Below, in pieces: positions 51,913 through 64,000 of a DNA stretch of 64,000 nt (its first letter is position 1; each line of letters opens with the position of its first letter). Source of the stretch: Octopus vulgaris. Taxonomy: Eukaryota. Position numbers and translations under genes: made by a program. The notes beneath the pieces are model-generated. The model ran no database searches. It saw only the letters and a program-made list of their open reading frames with translations, and was not told where the DNA came from. The stretch covers positions 12,338,001-12,402,000 of the forward strand of contig OX597817.1 of NCBI GenBank assembly GCA_951406725.2. Reading direction: 5' to 3'.

Positions 51913-53390
51913 CTATATACTAATAATTAATGTAAGCAAATGTCTATTGTAAGCCAATGACTTACAATACCTTTATAGCCAGGATAATAAACGCAATGTT
52001 AAATAAATTTATAATGAAAAATTATCAGTAAATGAAAATTTGTATAAATATTTGACTATTGGACAATATTACAAATTTATCCAAGGGCCCGGGGTGGGGA
52101 AATGCGGGCTCCTGTGTGTGTGTGCTTATGTTTGTCATGTAGGGTATGGAGAGGGTTGGTGTCTGTAGGGAGTAGCTGGATGTAGAGTGGGTGTGAGTGG
52201 GAGCCGGGTGGGTGTGGGATGGGGGTCGTCCTTTACCATGTGTGTCTTTTTTCTCTTCTTTCATCTTTTTTCCCCGCCGTTTCCCAGCCGGTATTCACCT
52301 CCTCTTCTTCGACGCTGGTACTAGTTTTTGTCTGTGGTACCGTCTCAATCTCGTACTTCTCCCCAGCCTCCATGGGCAGTGGGATACCAACTACTTTCTC
52401 GCACTCTTGCCTTTCCTTAGCCTTCACAGTTGGTGGAGGACAATCCGCTCTAATGTGTCCTTCCAGTCCTCATTTACAGCTCCGCGGAATCCGCCCTTCC
52501 CCTCTAACTCTTAGTATCACTTCTCCGACCATAATGGTCTCCACCATGTTTTCATTATCTTCCGGGGCCACATGTACTATACTACCATGCCTAGGCTCTG
52601 CCTTTGCCAGTTCCTGTAGGGTGTTCTGGTAGCTTGCAGGACCACTACACTATCTTCCATGCCTAGCAGTATGGCAGCCACCACCAGGTTACATTTACTT
52701 CTGGGGTATGTCTTCTACCCTAACCTTGGAAGCACGTCTCCCAAAGTATACGGGTAGAAGAACCACTTCGTCAGTTTTTTCAATGGTGTTGCTGAGTGCA
52801 GTCAGGCGGTAGCTGTCTCCCGAAACTGCACCTCCACCGTTCCATGCTTTCTTCCCTTGACAAGGTAGGAAATCCCTTACCAGACTGGTCTCAGCGCCCT
52901 TTTCAACTTGGGCTGCTGACACTACTTCAATTTTTCCCGTTGCCACCGCGTATGTCCTGTTATTAATCGTCCTCTCCTCTTTTCTTTTAAAACTTCTTGG
53001 TGGCGGGGAGACCTTCACATCGTTCCCATCCCTTTTAAGTATTTCCTTGAATCTGCTCAATTCTTCCAGACTCACATCTTCACTTCTTCCTTTTGCCGCT
53101 TCAGTGTAATTTTTCGTTTCTATTTCCTCGTCGATTCTTTTTAACCATTTTACCATCTCTTCCTCAGACGGCATAAAGTCTGAAGAAGAACTTAAACCTT
53201 TGTAATTCATAACACTATGATCTCCCATTAAACAAGGGAGAAGACGCGCACACCACCGCTACGAAGACAGCTAAAAACACGTGTTACACACAAAGACAGT
53301 AGTTCAATTAACAAACTATAAACCGAAAGCTCACAATGAAGTGCTTACCCCGCACTGCGGACAGTTCTTTGGTCAGAATCCTTCCACAAC
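51912..53390 (-). mobile_element. decayed ORF1-only retroelement paralogous to 16675-18727 (ends approximate)
   Basis: frameshifted translation contains EERTINNRTYA, LLPVYFGRRASKVRVEDIP and EGRIPRSCK*GLEGHIRADCP, colinear with EDRTVVLRTYS, FLPSYKGEKLIRLWVCGLP and EGRAPKCHPCSETGHIKKNCP; flanked by (TA)n and (GATA)n. Confidence 0.7.
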
Positions 53391-53457
<67 letters not shown>

Positions 53458-53458
53458 C

Positions 53459-53492
<34 letters not shown>

Positions 53493-53533
53493 GCAGGCAG
53501 GCAGGCAGGCAGGCAGATAGATAGGTAGGTAGG

Positions 53534-53607
<74 letters not shown>

Positions 53608-53650
53608 TATAGATAGATAGGTAGATAGACAGATATAGATAGATAGACAT

Positions 53651-53698
<48 letters not shown>

Positions 53699-53715
53699 CA
53701 AACAGACAGACAGAG
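53391..53715. repeat. compound (GATA)n/(GACA)n/(GGCA)n/(TA)n/(GA)n microsatellite
   Basis: directly visible. Confidence 0.95.
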
Positions 53716-54180
53716 AGGATGACAATACCTCAGAATTGTAAATTCTTTCGTAAAACAATGTAATACTAAATAAAACAACTCTATATCAGGTCAGGTCATG
53801 CAAGCGTAATATAAGTAGCTATACGGACTCGACAGGCTATTTTTAAGCTTGATACGAACACATATATAGGAGATAGATATTCCAATCAGTAAAAAAAATC
53901 CAGAGTGCACTAAATAACTTTAGATAACCTCTCACATTAAAGTGACGTTAAACATCGTTATCTAGATAAAATGACGTAATAGGTATAATTAAGTTCTAAC
54001 GTTGTAAAAATATGAAATATAAGATTAATCAACTTCAATCACGGATATGCAGGCTTACACACCATTATTTTAATTTAAAAGCTGCTGTAAAAGATAGGAC
54101 AGAAGAGACTATACAAGGAATAGGAACTGTGTCTGTTGGTTTTCCTTGCACATTGGTCGGGCTTACAAAACGCAGAATGT

Positions 54181-54564
54181 GGAGGCGCAATGGCCCAGTG
54201 GTTAGGGCAGCGGACTCGCGGTCATAGGATCGCGGTTTCGATTCCCAGACCGGGCGTTGTGAGTGTTTATTGAGCGAAAACACCTAAAAGCTCCACGAGG
54301 CTCCGGCAGGGGATGGTGGTGATCCCCGCTGTACTCTTTCACCACAACTTTCTCTCACTCTTACTTCCTGTTTCTGTTGTACCTTTATTTCAAAGGGCCG
54401 GCCTTGTCACTCTCTGTGTCACGCTGAATATACCCGAGAACTACGTTAAGGGTACACGTGTCTGTGGAGTGCTCAGCCACTTACACGTTAATTTCACGAG
54501 CAGGCTGTTCCGTTGATTCGGACCAACCGGAACACTCGTCGTCGTAACCGACAGAGTGCTTCCA
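54181..54564 (+). mobile_element. SINE family C (tRNA-derived head GGAGGCGCAATGGCCCAGTGGTTAGG)
   Basis: A and B boxes; TSD ACGCAGAATG. Confidence 0.85.
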
Positions 54565-55016
54565 ATACGCAGAATGCATCTGGGGTTTTTAATTTTTTAA
54601 ATTTTCTCTCAAACAAAGCCATTCGTGCTAGTAAGATATCGTGTGTCCAGAACACCTAACTTTAACCTTTTTGGAGACTAACCTGCGGACTAATAAAAGC
54701 TTTCTGGACAAGGCTCGTTTCATCTACAGTGAATGTAAGAGAAGGTAATTGCTATATTCAATGATACATTTAAGAACCATGAGAAACTCCTTAGCTATAT
54801 GGGCATCCACTTATAACATCACCAAACATGGAGATATTGTAATGGTTGCGCTGTCATTTCAATCTTTCAAGCCAAACACTGCTTGTGAATGCTTCTAATA
54901 TTAAGCCTTCGTGTAACCGTCTGAAATTCTTTCGGCATTATGATAAGTTACCTTAGTGGTATGTTACACTGCGTTTCTCATCTTCCTATATAACAAGCAT
55001 AGCTTCTATTTTTATT

Positions 55017-55199
55017 GGAGTGGTTGTGTGGTAAGTAGCTTGCTTACCAACTACATGGTTCCGAGTTCAGTCCCACCGCGTGGCACCTTGGGCAAGTGTC
55101 TTCTACTGTAGCCTCGGGCTGACCAAAGCCTTGTGAGTGGATTTGGTAGACGGAAACTGAAAGAAGCCCGCCGTATATATATATATATATAAATTTATT

Positions 55200-55238
<39 letters not shown>

Positions 55239-55463
55239 TTATGTGTGTGTATACGTTTGTGTGTCTGCTTGTCACCCCAACATCGCTTGACAACCGATTC
55301 TGACGTGTTACGTCCCCGTATCTTAGCGGTTCGGCAAAAGAGACCGATAAAATAAGTACTAGGCTTACAAAGAATAAGTCCTGGGCTCGATTTGCTCGAC
55401 TAAAGGCGGTGCTCAAGCATGGCCACAGTCATATGACTGAAACAAGTAAAAGAATAAAAGAGT
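55017..55463 (+). mobile_element. SINE family A
   Basis: family match. Confidence 0.85.
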
Positions 55464-56510
55464 AACTATCATTGTAGATTAAACCGGGTCGTCATAGCAG
55501 AAGCTTTTATTTAGCCTATATTTTTCTTGACGGTTTTAATTGTCGATGTTGCCATGTTTAACGATTTAACCACCTGCATCTGACATTTCATATCACCCCA
55601 GTAGTTGCAGTTTTACATCCAATGGAATATTTTCTTCAGCACCGTTAATGGAATTGCAAGTTTTTATTTATTTATTTATTTATTTATTTATTTGTCTTCG
55701 TGATGAGTAAAAAATTGTGTTAACAATTTGCTTGTATAAAAGAAAATACTTGAGGGTGAACCATTGTTGTTTACAAGTCAGAAACCTATTATTATAATAA
55801 GGCAGTGGCATCCCACTGAAAATATTGTCCTCATGAAAAAGAGATATAACATATTAGTGCCAGACAGGGTAACACAAATGAGATATATTGTTTGTGTGAG
55901 GCCTGTGCGTGTGTAGGTTTATGTATAGATACTATACACACACACAGCATACTCATCCGTTCAAGAATTTGGACCTGGAGATCTCCATTTCCAGCGACTT
56001 CGAGGGCCACCTCCCAGTGGTGTCAGACGTCAACGAAGAGCCCTCGACTACAACAAGACGACCAAAGTTTTTTGTTTTTTTTCAAGGTCTGGGGTCTCCC
56101 GCTCCTAAGCCCTAGACCATCACCTAATCACCCTTACCCGTCTTGTTGCTCAACAACAACAACAACAACACACACACATACACATGCTCAAGCATGAGCA
56201 GCGTTACCCAGTGTTGTTGTGCTGTAACACTGAACACTACAATAGAAAAATGCGTGTGGTATGTGTATGTGAATGTGTGTACGCATGCGCAAGTGTGTGT
56301 GTGTGTGTGGCTGAACTGGTAGTAACGTTAGAGCGTGAGACACAAAGTCCAAATCAGAAAGTTCAAATCGCACCTGGTTGGTTTTGTCTAACATTCTTTC
56401 GGGTGGATACAATAGTAGCAGACAAGAGCGGTAGACTGCCAAATTGTTAAAAGCATAGGATGAGATGTCTTACATCTGTTCGGGTACTTTGTGTTTTGAG
56501 TTCAAATTCA

Positions 56511-56923
56511 TTACTCTTTTACTCTTTTACTTGTTTCAGTCATTTGACTGCGGCCATGCTGGGGCACCGCCTTTAATCGAGCAACTCGACCCCGGGACTT
56601 TTTCTTTTGTAAGCCCAGTACTTATTCTATCGGTCTCTTTTGCCGAACCGCTAAGTGACGGGGACATAAACACACCAGCATCGGTTGTCAAGCAATGCTA
56701 GGGGGACAAACACAGACACACAAACACACACACGCATATATACATATATATATACATATATACGACGAGCTTCTTTCAGTTTCCGTCTACCAAATCCACT
56801 CACAAGGCTTTGGTCGGCCCGAGGCTATAGCAGAAGACACTTGCCCAAGGTGCCACGCAGTGGGACTGAACCCGGAACCATGTGGTTGGTAAACAAGCTA
56901 CTTACCAAGCCACTCTTGCGCCT
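56511..56923 (-). mobile_element. SINE family A
   Basis: family match. Confidence 0.85.
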
Positions 56924-57256
56924 ATTACTACCAAAAATTAAGTCCTTCATGGTATAACAAAAAAAAATACCATTTGCTTGGGAAGCTCTTCAGCAAATGC
57001 CCCAGTATTTCAGCTGGACTTCAGGTGGTAGGGAACAGCCCAAGGTGCTTCCATGTCCTGTACATTCAAAGAATATGTGTGCGTGTGGGTGTGTGTGTGG
57101 GGGTTCAGTTGTTGCTTTGTACATCTGCCTATCTATCAATTTATATATATCTCTCTCTCTCAATTTATCTCTCCCTCTCTCAGTTTATCTCTCTCTTTCT
57201 CTCACATACACACAGATATGTATTAGATATATACTATATTCTTGTTCTCTTTAAAG

Positions 57257-57299
57257 GCCAATGCGGCGAAGAAGATTCCATGACGATTGGGTTGTTAAG
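57257..57299 (+). CDS. WDR64: WDR64 exon (KPMRRRRFHDDWVVK)
   Basis: ttctctttaaag/gttagt; phase 2-0; H.DWV.K motif. Confidence 0.85.
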
Positions 57300-57424
57300 G
57301 TTAGTATACTATGAAGAGGATATCAGATGGTTGGTATTTGTGATGTGTATGTGTGTGTGTATGTACTGAGTACTACTTTTGTATCTATTGTAACCCTTTC
57401 CCTTACGAATAAAGTTGAAACCTA

Positions 57425-57461
<37 letters not shown>

Positions 57462-57467
<6 letters not shown>

Positions 57468-57751
57468 AATACCAAATTTCTAAATCTTTCGTAGAGACAT
57501 TTACGGTGGTGGGGCGATAGAATGGTTGTATACTGTCAATCTAACATGAACGTGACAGTAGGGGGTACACCACCGGTGTTTAGCCCCTAGGAAGCATCGA
57601 CGCCTCCTGATGGCTTTGACACATTTTTCCTGTATGTAAGGACACAGGAAAAATGTGTCAAAGCCATCAGGAGGCATCGATGCTTCCTAGGGCTAAACAG
57701 CGGTGGTGTACCCCCTACTGTCACGTTCATGTTAGATTGACAGTATACAAC

Positions 57752-57759
<8 letters not shown>
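57462..57759. repeat. foldback element, about 116-bp arms (57517-57633 / 57644-57759) plus tail
   Basis: near-perfect hairpin with a 10-nt loop between (TA)n tracts. Confidence 0.8.
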
Positions 57760-57789
<30 letters not shown>

Positions 57790-57847
57790 TTATATATATG
57801 CATATATATATATACATATATATATTTATACATATATATATATATAC

Positions 57848-57890
<43 letters not shown>

Positions 57891-58820
57891 CATATATATA
57901 CATATATATATATATTTATATATGTATGTATGTATGTATGTATATGTAAATATATATTACTTGCTTCATTCATTTAACTGTGGCCATGCTTGGACACCGC
58001 CTTGAAGCGTTTTTATCGGCACAAATCGAACCCCAGCAAACCAAGTACCTATTCTGTAGGTATCTTTTGCCGAATGTCTAGGTTACAGGAACGTAAACAC
58101 ACCACCACTTGTTGTCAAGCAGTAGTGGGGGACAAAACACACACACACACACACACACATACCCTACCTCGGATTTGAAACCAAATCCATCGGCTTGTTG
58201 CCTGGCAAAACAAGCGGAAACCCTCCTCATTAGATGATTGATGAGGAAACGCTTTAGGACCTGTACTGGTCAAGGAAAGTTCAGTCCTTCTTTTAAGGTT
58301 TTGACCTACATTATTGACCGTAGCCTATATAACAGAGAATTTTCTATCTCTTCCTCATATGTGTCAGTTATGACCAAGGAGCAACACCGGCTCTTAGATG
58401 TCAGCCGCACCAAGGAGCAACACCCGATTTTGCATCAGCCTTAACCAAGAGCAGCACTTCCCTTCGCCCCTCGCTTGATATGCGAAGAGAGTTTTTCGGC
58501 CGTAAGAAAGCCGATGCCACCTATATCTTCCTTTCTAGTCAGCACCATGACTACCTTACTCTTTCCCTCTCTACTGACAGACAACCTTTTCTACGTTTCA
58601 ACTACTAACCAGCGAGTCATTCTTGTCGTCACCATCACTGAATTTGCTACTGTCTCTGTAACAACCTGTCGGGTAAACGAATAAATACATGAAAATAACA
58701 TTTCTTCCATCTTGGAATTAATTTTTCGATGTTCACTTGTTACGCGAGAACCTTGAAGCGTTACATTTAGAAGTGGGCTACCTCATATCGAATTGATATG
58801 GTACATCACATCTAGCCCGC

Positions 58821-58857
<37 letters not shown>

Positions 58858-58951
58858 GTGTGTGTGTGTGTGTGTGCGCGGGCGACCGCGTGTGTATCGT
58901 TGGCGATTTTCTTTCTCCGTCTTCCCTTCCTTGGACCTTTCCTTTTTCTAT

Positions 58952-58986
58952 GTTTCTGACGAAGAGTTCCGCTCGAAACGTTAAAT
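58952..58986 (+). ncRNA. minimal hammerhead motif (family copies 6320-6354 +, 42294-42328 -, about 36885-36915 -)
   Basis: GTTT-CTGACGA-A-GAG(TTCCG)CTC-GAAA-CGTT-AAAT; other copies carry CCGACGA or CTGAAGC cores. Confidence 0.6.
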
Positions 58987-59208
58987 CCTCCTTTTTTCTT
59001 TGCTTTCCTGGGCGTCCAATAACACTATACTTGTTCCACGTCCTCGCGTTGCTGTGTTTTCTCTTTGTTCATGTTTGGATTAGCTATATATATCCTTAAA
59101 TCCCTAAAAATGTTTTAGCTCGAAGGCCGCGGCCATGCTGGGGCACCACCGCTGAATGAGCTACACTAATATGTGAATCCACCTCTGATACGTGGCACTT
59201 GATCAACA

Positions 59209-59240
<32 letters not shown>

Positions 59241-59520
59241 GTGTGCGTATACGACGGGTTCTGTCAGTTTCCGTCTACAAATCCACTTGCAAAGGCTTTG
59301 GTCGGCCCAAGGCTATAGTTGAAGACATGTACCAAAGGTACCACGCAGTGGGGCTGAAACCAGAACCATGTAATTGAGAAGCAAGCTTGTTACCACATGC
59401 ACATGTATATAGCTAGACATAAATATAAATATAGATATTAATTTATATGAATACATAAGGAATACAATAAACAATTTGCATTCAATCTTTGCATTTGCAT
59501 ATTCTTTGATTCTTTTATAG

Positions 59521-59618
59521 ATACGTTATTTACCAGAATTGAAATGCTTTGTTTCCTGTTCTCCCAGCAGTATATATTCTTTAGTTGTGGAACCAATCGA
59601 AAAGATCTGGAATAATGA
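59521..59618 (+). CDS. WDR64: WDR64 exon (IRYLPELKCFVSCSPSSIYSLVVEPIEKIWNN)
   Basis: ttcttttatag/gtatgt; phase 0-2; IRY...L.CF.SCS. Confidence 0.9.
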
Positions 59619-60039
59619 GTATGTAATTGATGTAAATTTTGAATAAACATTTCATATTAGTTTCATTAATTAAAACCGTTTTTTCTATTGATATTTTAAA
59701 TTGCATATTATTGTTTATGAACCATTTTAGAGTTTATCTTTTGTTTTATATTAAGTGATTTATTACGTGAGTTTGTGCGCCAGTTGTAGTTATATGTAAG
59801 TTATATGGTGTGATTTTATGTGGGTAATGACCTATAAAAGAAATTGTTACGAAACTAGACTATTTACACAGACACACGCATACATATATACACGTGCTTG
59901 TGTGCATACACAGCCACACCCCTACACCCACACACAAACACGCACTGTACGCGCGCACACACGTTTTACGCACACGCACACACACACATACACACACACA
60001 CAGAGGAACATACATGCGCGTAGAACCACAACAAATCTG

Positions 60040-60452
60040 TTTCTTTATTGCCCACAAGGGGCTAAACATAGAGGGGACAAACAAGGACAGACAAAGGGAT
60101 TAAGTCGATTACATCGACCCCAGTGCGTAACTGGTACTTAATTTATCGACCCTGAAAGGATGAAAGGCAAAGTCGACCTCGGCGGAATTTGAACTCAGAA
60201 CGCAATGACAGACGCAATACCTATTTCTATTTCTTTATTACCCACAAGGGGCTAAACACAGAGGGAACAAACAAGGACAGACATAGGTATTAAGTCGATT
60301 ACATCGACCCCAGTGCGTAACTGGTACTTAATTTATCGACCCTGAAAGGATGAAAGGCAAAGTCGACCTCGGCGGAATTTGAACTCAGAACGCAACGACA
60401 GACGCAATACCGCTAAGCATTTCGCCCGGTGTGCTAACGTTTCTGCCAGCTC
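60040..60452 (-). mobile_element. tandem SINE family B
   Basis: two near-identical head-to-tail copies. Confidence 0.85.
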
Positions 60453-61513
60453 AAATCGTGAACCAATCCACGAGGAAACCCCTTATATTTTTTCCGTACA
60501 CTAAATAAAAAGTAGAAAGAATGTACTTATATTCTTATAATAAACTATCACAGCTAATGTCTTTCTTAGATCTAAAATTTAGTTCAGCCCTTCTGGTTGA
60601 AGTTGTACTGCGCGTATAAAATAATTGTTTAAATTATGACGAGACTGCTAATAGCACAAATATGCAAATTAAACTATTCATGCTGATAATAGCTTTATTT
60701 CTGACTGCTTTTCATAACAGTTAAATTCTATGCTATCGATCTGGAAAGGAGAATGGGTACGTCTTCTCTGAGGAACAGTCAACAAACCGTGAAATTGTCT
60801 GTTAGGAAACCCCTGGTCACATCTCTTGACACAACGAAAACAAAGACGTAATGTGAATGTGTTTACATTCTTATATCAGTTAAGAGCAATCTAATATTTA
60901 GAATTTATATCAGCCTATCTATTTGATACTGTATAATGCATAATACATACATGTACATATGCATACACACACATACATACATACATACATACATACATAC
61001 ATACATACATACATACATACATACATACATACATACATACATACATACATACATACATACATACATACGTTCCTCTGTATGTGTGTGTATCTCCAAATTA
61101 AACATTGAAGTCTGGGGTTTGTGATAATATTTTTATTTCGTAGTTTACAAATATTTCAACAATTCTATGTTGACTAATTTTGCATCCTGTTTAGAAACAT
61201 GTCTGAAATTAACGACCCAGTCAAATATGCTGTGCAGATTTTTCTGCACACCATTTATAGAAATCGTTTCTTTGGAACTCTTTTCAAGAATAATATAGCT
61301 GGCATATTTGGTTATCGTTATTTTTAGATAAGTACGTTTGTTATGTCATTGACTATGACTAAAAGCTTCACAGCAAAAAACAACTACAAGCGTTAGGTAC
61401 CGACTACCTAAGAAAGCTATTACAACCCTGTTTATAGCAAAATTTAATTGCATGTAATTGATTTGGATCATTTGCAACACAGAAACAAAATTGTAAAAGC
61501 ATAAAGATGCCGC

Positions 61514-61585
<72 letters not shown>

Positions 61586-62445
61586 TATATATATACAATG
61601 GGACAAGAACGCAAAACATCCAGACAGTTAGGTGATACAAAAAAGGGACAACACAACATCCAGATAGACGATACAAAGAAAACAAGGACGGGTCATTCGG
61701 AGTTTTCTTTCCTCAGTCGAGTTCCAGATTATTTTTGCAATTTTGGCTGGTTATACTCGAGATTGCTCCAATCTGGCCAGCCCCAAGGAAAAACTAAGCT
61801 AAGAGCATTAGATTCCTTGGAAGAAAGCAGCGAATGTATACGAAAACAAGGACGGAAAAAATGGACAATGTTACAGAAATACAAATAACAGGACATAACA
61901 ACAGGTGTCTTTCGACTAAGGACGAATTAAATTAAGCTGGCGCGTGTGGAAGTAAGGCCTTACGGCAAGAATACAAGATTTCATAGGCACAGGGAGGAAT
62001 ACAGATGTTGCACGGACGGCGGCCGAACTAAGAAAGGTTAGGCTTGGCCGAACGTCGGTCACGTGGGGAGTGAAGAGAGAGAGAGGTAGAGGCAGAGGGA
62101 CAGAAGAAACAAGGGGGATGAGAAAAAATAACAGGGATACAGTGAAGTGAAAAGAGGAGGGAAAGTGAGCATGAAGAGAAGGCAAGGAAATGAGAGAGAG
62201 GGAACGAAATAACGAAGAGTGGAATGAACGAAGTAAGTGTGAAGGGGCTGAAGGAAAGAAGGAAAGAATAAAAGAATAGAATCGTACAAAATTTAGATAA
62301 ATATATATTTACATATAAGAGACCATAAGTGCATGTACGTCCCTATTGCAGAAGATATTCAGATCTTCGAAGCTAAGAATTGCTATTTCTATATTTCGTA
62401 AAGTTCTCTGTCGAATAGCAATATCTGTGTTTGTTCTTTTGGCAG

Positions 62446-62579
62446 GATGGTGGAACCAGTTTCTATACCCAAAGGTGTGAATGCTTTTGGTTACTGTAAA
62501 AGTGCACAAATTCTCGCTACTGGAGGTGTTGATAAAATCATTCGAATATGGCATCCACATATGTTTGCACACCCAACAG
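62446..62579 (+). CDS. WDR64: WDR64 exon (EMVEPVSIPKGVNAFGYCKSAQILATGGVDKIIRIWHPHMFAHPT)
   Basis: ttcttttggcag/gtattc; phase 2-1; classic WD40 ATGG.DK.IRIW. Confidence 0.92.
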
Positions 62580-63090
62580 GTATTCTTTTTCACTATGAGT
62601 ATGCAATTATTTTGGTCGTTCAGTGAGACGACACCTTTTACTTGCAATGTCTTGTTCATATACCTGGAGAAAGATAGCATCTCTTCTTATTGTAGACCTT
62701 TTGCCTTCAATTAAGTTGCTAAACTCATTGAAACAATCAGAAATTCACAAAACTTTGGTCACTTCCTCATGATATTTCTAAGTCATGTACTATAAGCTCT
62801 ATAAAGATAATTGTAAGCTCCTGATGAGCCACCTCAGTGTCCTAGTTTTAAAATATCCATTTCATTATGTTAGTAAGGATCTTCGAAAGAGCACGGATGC
62901 AACAAATTATCATTTCATACCCTATATAAAGGCTCTGTACCTTTCTAAGTGATTGATATTGATAACATTTTAAGTCTTTCTACACAAACATAACATCATA
63001 GCCGGCAAACGACACAAAATTACCCTTTTACCGAGATTCTTTAATTATTTTATGTAGAACAAACCAATAATTCAACATTTTCTTATTTAG

Positions 63091-63218
63091 GGAAATTGAT
63101 TGGTCATTTATTTACTGTGAGCGATATTTGTTGCAACGAGAGAGATCAACACATTATCAGTTTATCTACAGCAAGAGTTGTACGAGTTTGGGATATCCAC
63201 GCATTTACAACCTTACAG
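63091..63218 (+). CDS. WDR64: WDR64 exon (GKLIGHLFTVSDICCNERDQHIISLSTARVVRVWDIHAFTTLQ); gene continues beyond window
   Basis: ttcttatttag/gtaaaa; phase 1-0; GH...WD repeat. Confidence 0.92.
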
Positions 63219-63299
63219 GTAAAATTAAATTTGTTATTGTCATCCAACAATTAGTATATTGGATAAACATGAAAGGTAAAATATGGATGTAATCTAAGT

Positions 63300-64000
63300 T
63301 ATGTAATAGTAAGAAGCTCTCAAGTGGGCTGAACAGCAGAAGGTTTTCAGAGAAGAAACTTCACACAAGCAAATGTTTCGGCCCTTAACTTCTTACACTC
63401 TAAAGGGGCCGGGCTGCATCCAGGTCATGACTCTCGATTGCCCTTCTGCTGACACTTTTTAGCCGCTTGGATATCGGTGACTTGTGCATTTAAATCGATT
63501 GGAGATTTCATCTAGTTGGAACTTCACTCCGTTGTTTCAGGCGTTTAAAATACGAAAATATTGCCTTCAGAGGGCATAGAAGTCATTTTTGTTCCTTCTC
63601 GACCAGGTCTCCAGCTGGAATGCTTCACTATTTCTGATATTATCCTTAGGGATTTGGTTCTGTTCTTCCAAGTGACTGAGAGTTGTTTCATTAGATCGTA
63701 AGTAGATTTGCCCACAAACACACTGGCTCCACCTCTGTGGCAAGAACCTTGAACCGGAAGTTGGCCTCCTTCATGCTGGAATGGAGTATAATATCCATCC
63801 TCGAACCTCTCTTCCTGATAATTTCTGGTTGTTTTGTTGATCCTGGGTCTGCTGAGCACTCTTGGTCATCTGTACCACGCAGAAGTCTCCTCATCTTTCT
63901 CCTGGCCTCTGACCACCATTCCATTTTCGTTACACCCAGTTCCCTACCTATTGGCCCGAGTGTGTCCCATTATTTTTCTGATTGTAAGGCTTTCCTTTAC
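63300..64000 (-). mobile_element. decayed LINE-like coding fragment
   Basis: GC-richer stretch with broken minus-strand ORFs (WWSEARRKMRRLLR...); no diagnostic motif confirmed. Confidence 0.3.

Noticed and set aside
54181-54255. tRNA-like sequences at SINE C/D heads
   Set aside because: They continue into SINE bodies with TSDs and lack a proper acceptor stem, so they are not tRNA genes.
58370-58460. Three short direct repeats ACCAAG(G)AGCA.CAC with spacers, superficially CRISPR-like
   Set aside because: Eukaryotic context, repeats only about 15 bp and degenerate, no cas genes; more likely internal repeats of an LTR-like element.
60721-60850. Possible extra WDR64 exon after ttttcataacag
   Set aside because: No WDR64 similarity; exons 59521-59618 and 62446-62579 already join in frame.
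61596-62290. Hammerhead in the TA-flanked element (CTGAGGA...GAAT...GTC on the minus strand near 61686-61720)
   Set aside because: GAAA is mutated and stems I and II do not pair convincingly; likely a related repeat, but the motif is unsupported.
62309-62714. ORFs 62309-62680(-) and 62481-62714(+)
   Set aside because: Antisense or off-frame shadows of the real WDR64 exon 62446-62579.

Overview
AT-rich eukaryotic DNA, dense in microsatellites and SINEs. The repeat families look cephalopod (probably Octopus); this is inferred from sequence style, not from a search. Two intron-rich genes lie on the + strand. The first is the 3' half of a PXK/Slob-family pseudokinase with a proline-rich region and C-terminal WH2 motif (5 exons, 1712-9036). 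Its last exon has a 1-nt frameshift next to a zone that looks like a consensus or assembly mosaic. The second is the 5' part of WDR64 (11 coding exons, 35542-63218, including a 30-nt microexon, continuing past the window). The rest is mobile DNA: several SINE families, CR1/RTE tails, mariner and pogo remnants, Helitrons and MITEs. Two observations stand out. (a) An intact 2.05-kb element encodes only an ORF1/gag-like zinc-knuckle protein and sits inside a SINE with a 16-bp TSD; a decayed paralogous element lies at 52-53 kb (HAL1-like, no RT). (b) Several distinct families of short non-coding elements are mostly embedded in (TA)n tracts, often fold back as long inverted repeats, and carry minimal hammerhead-ribozyme motifs of the Penelope/retrozyme type. 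Most ORFs in the supplied track are microsatellite or SINE artefacts.
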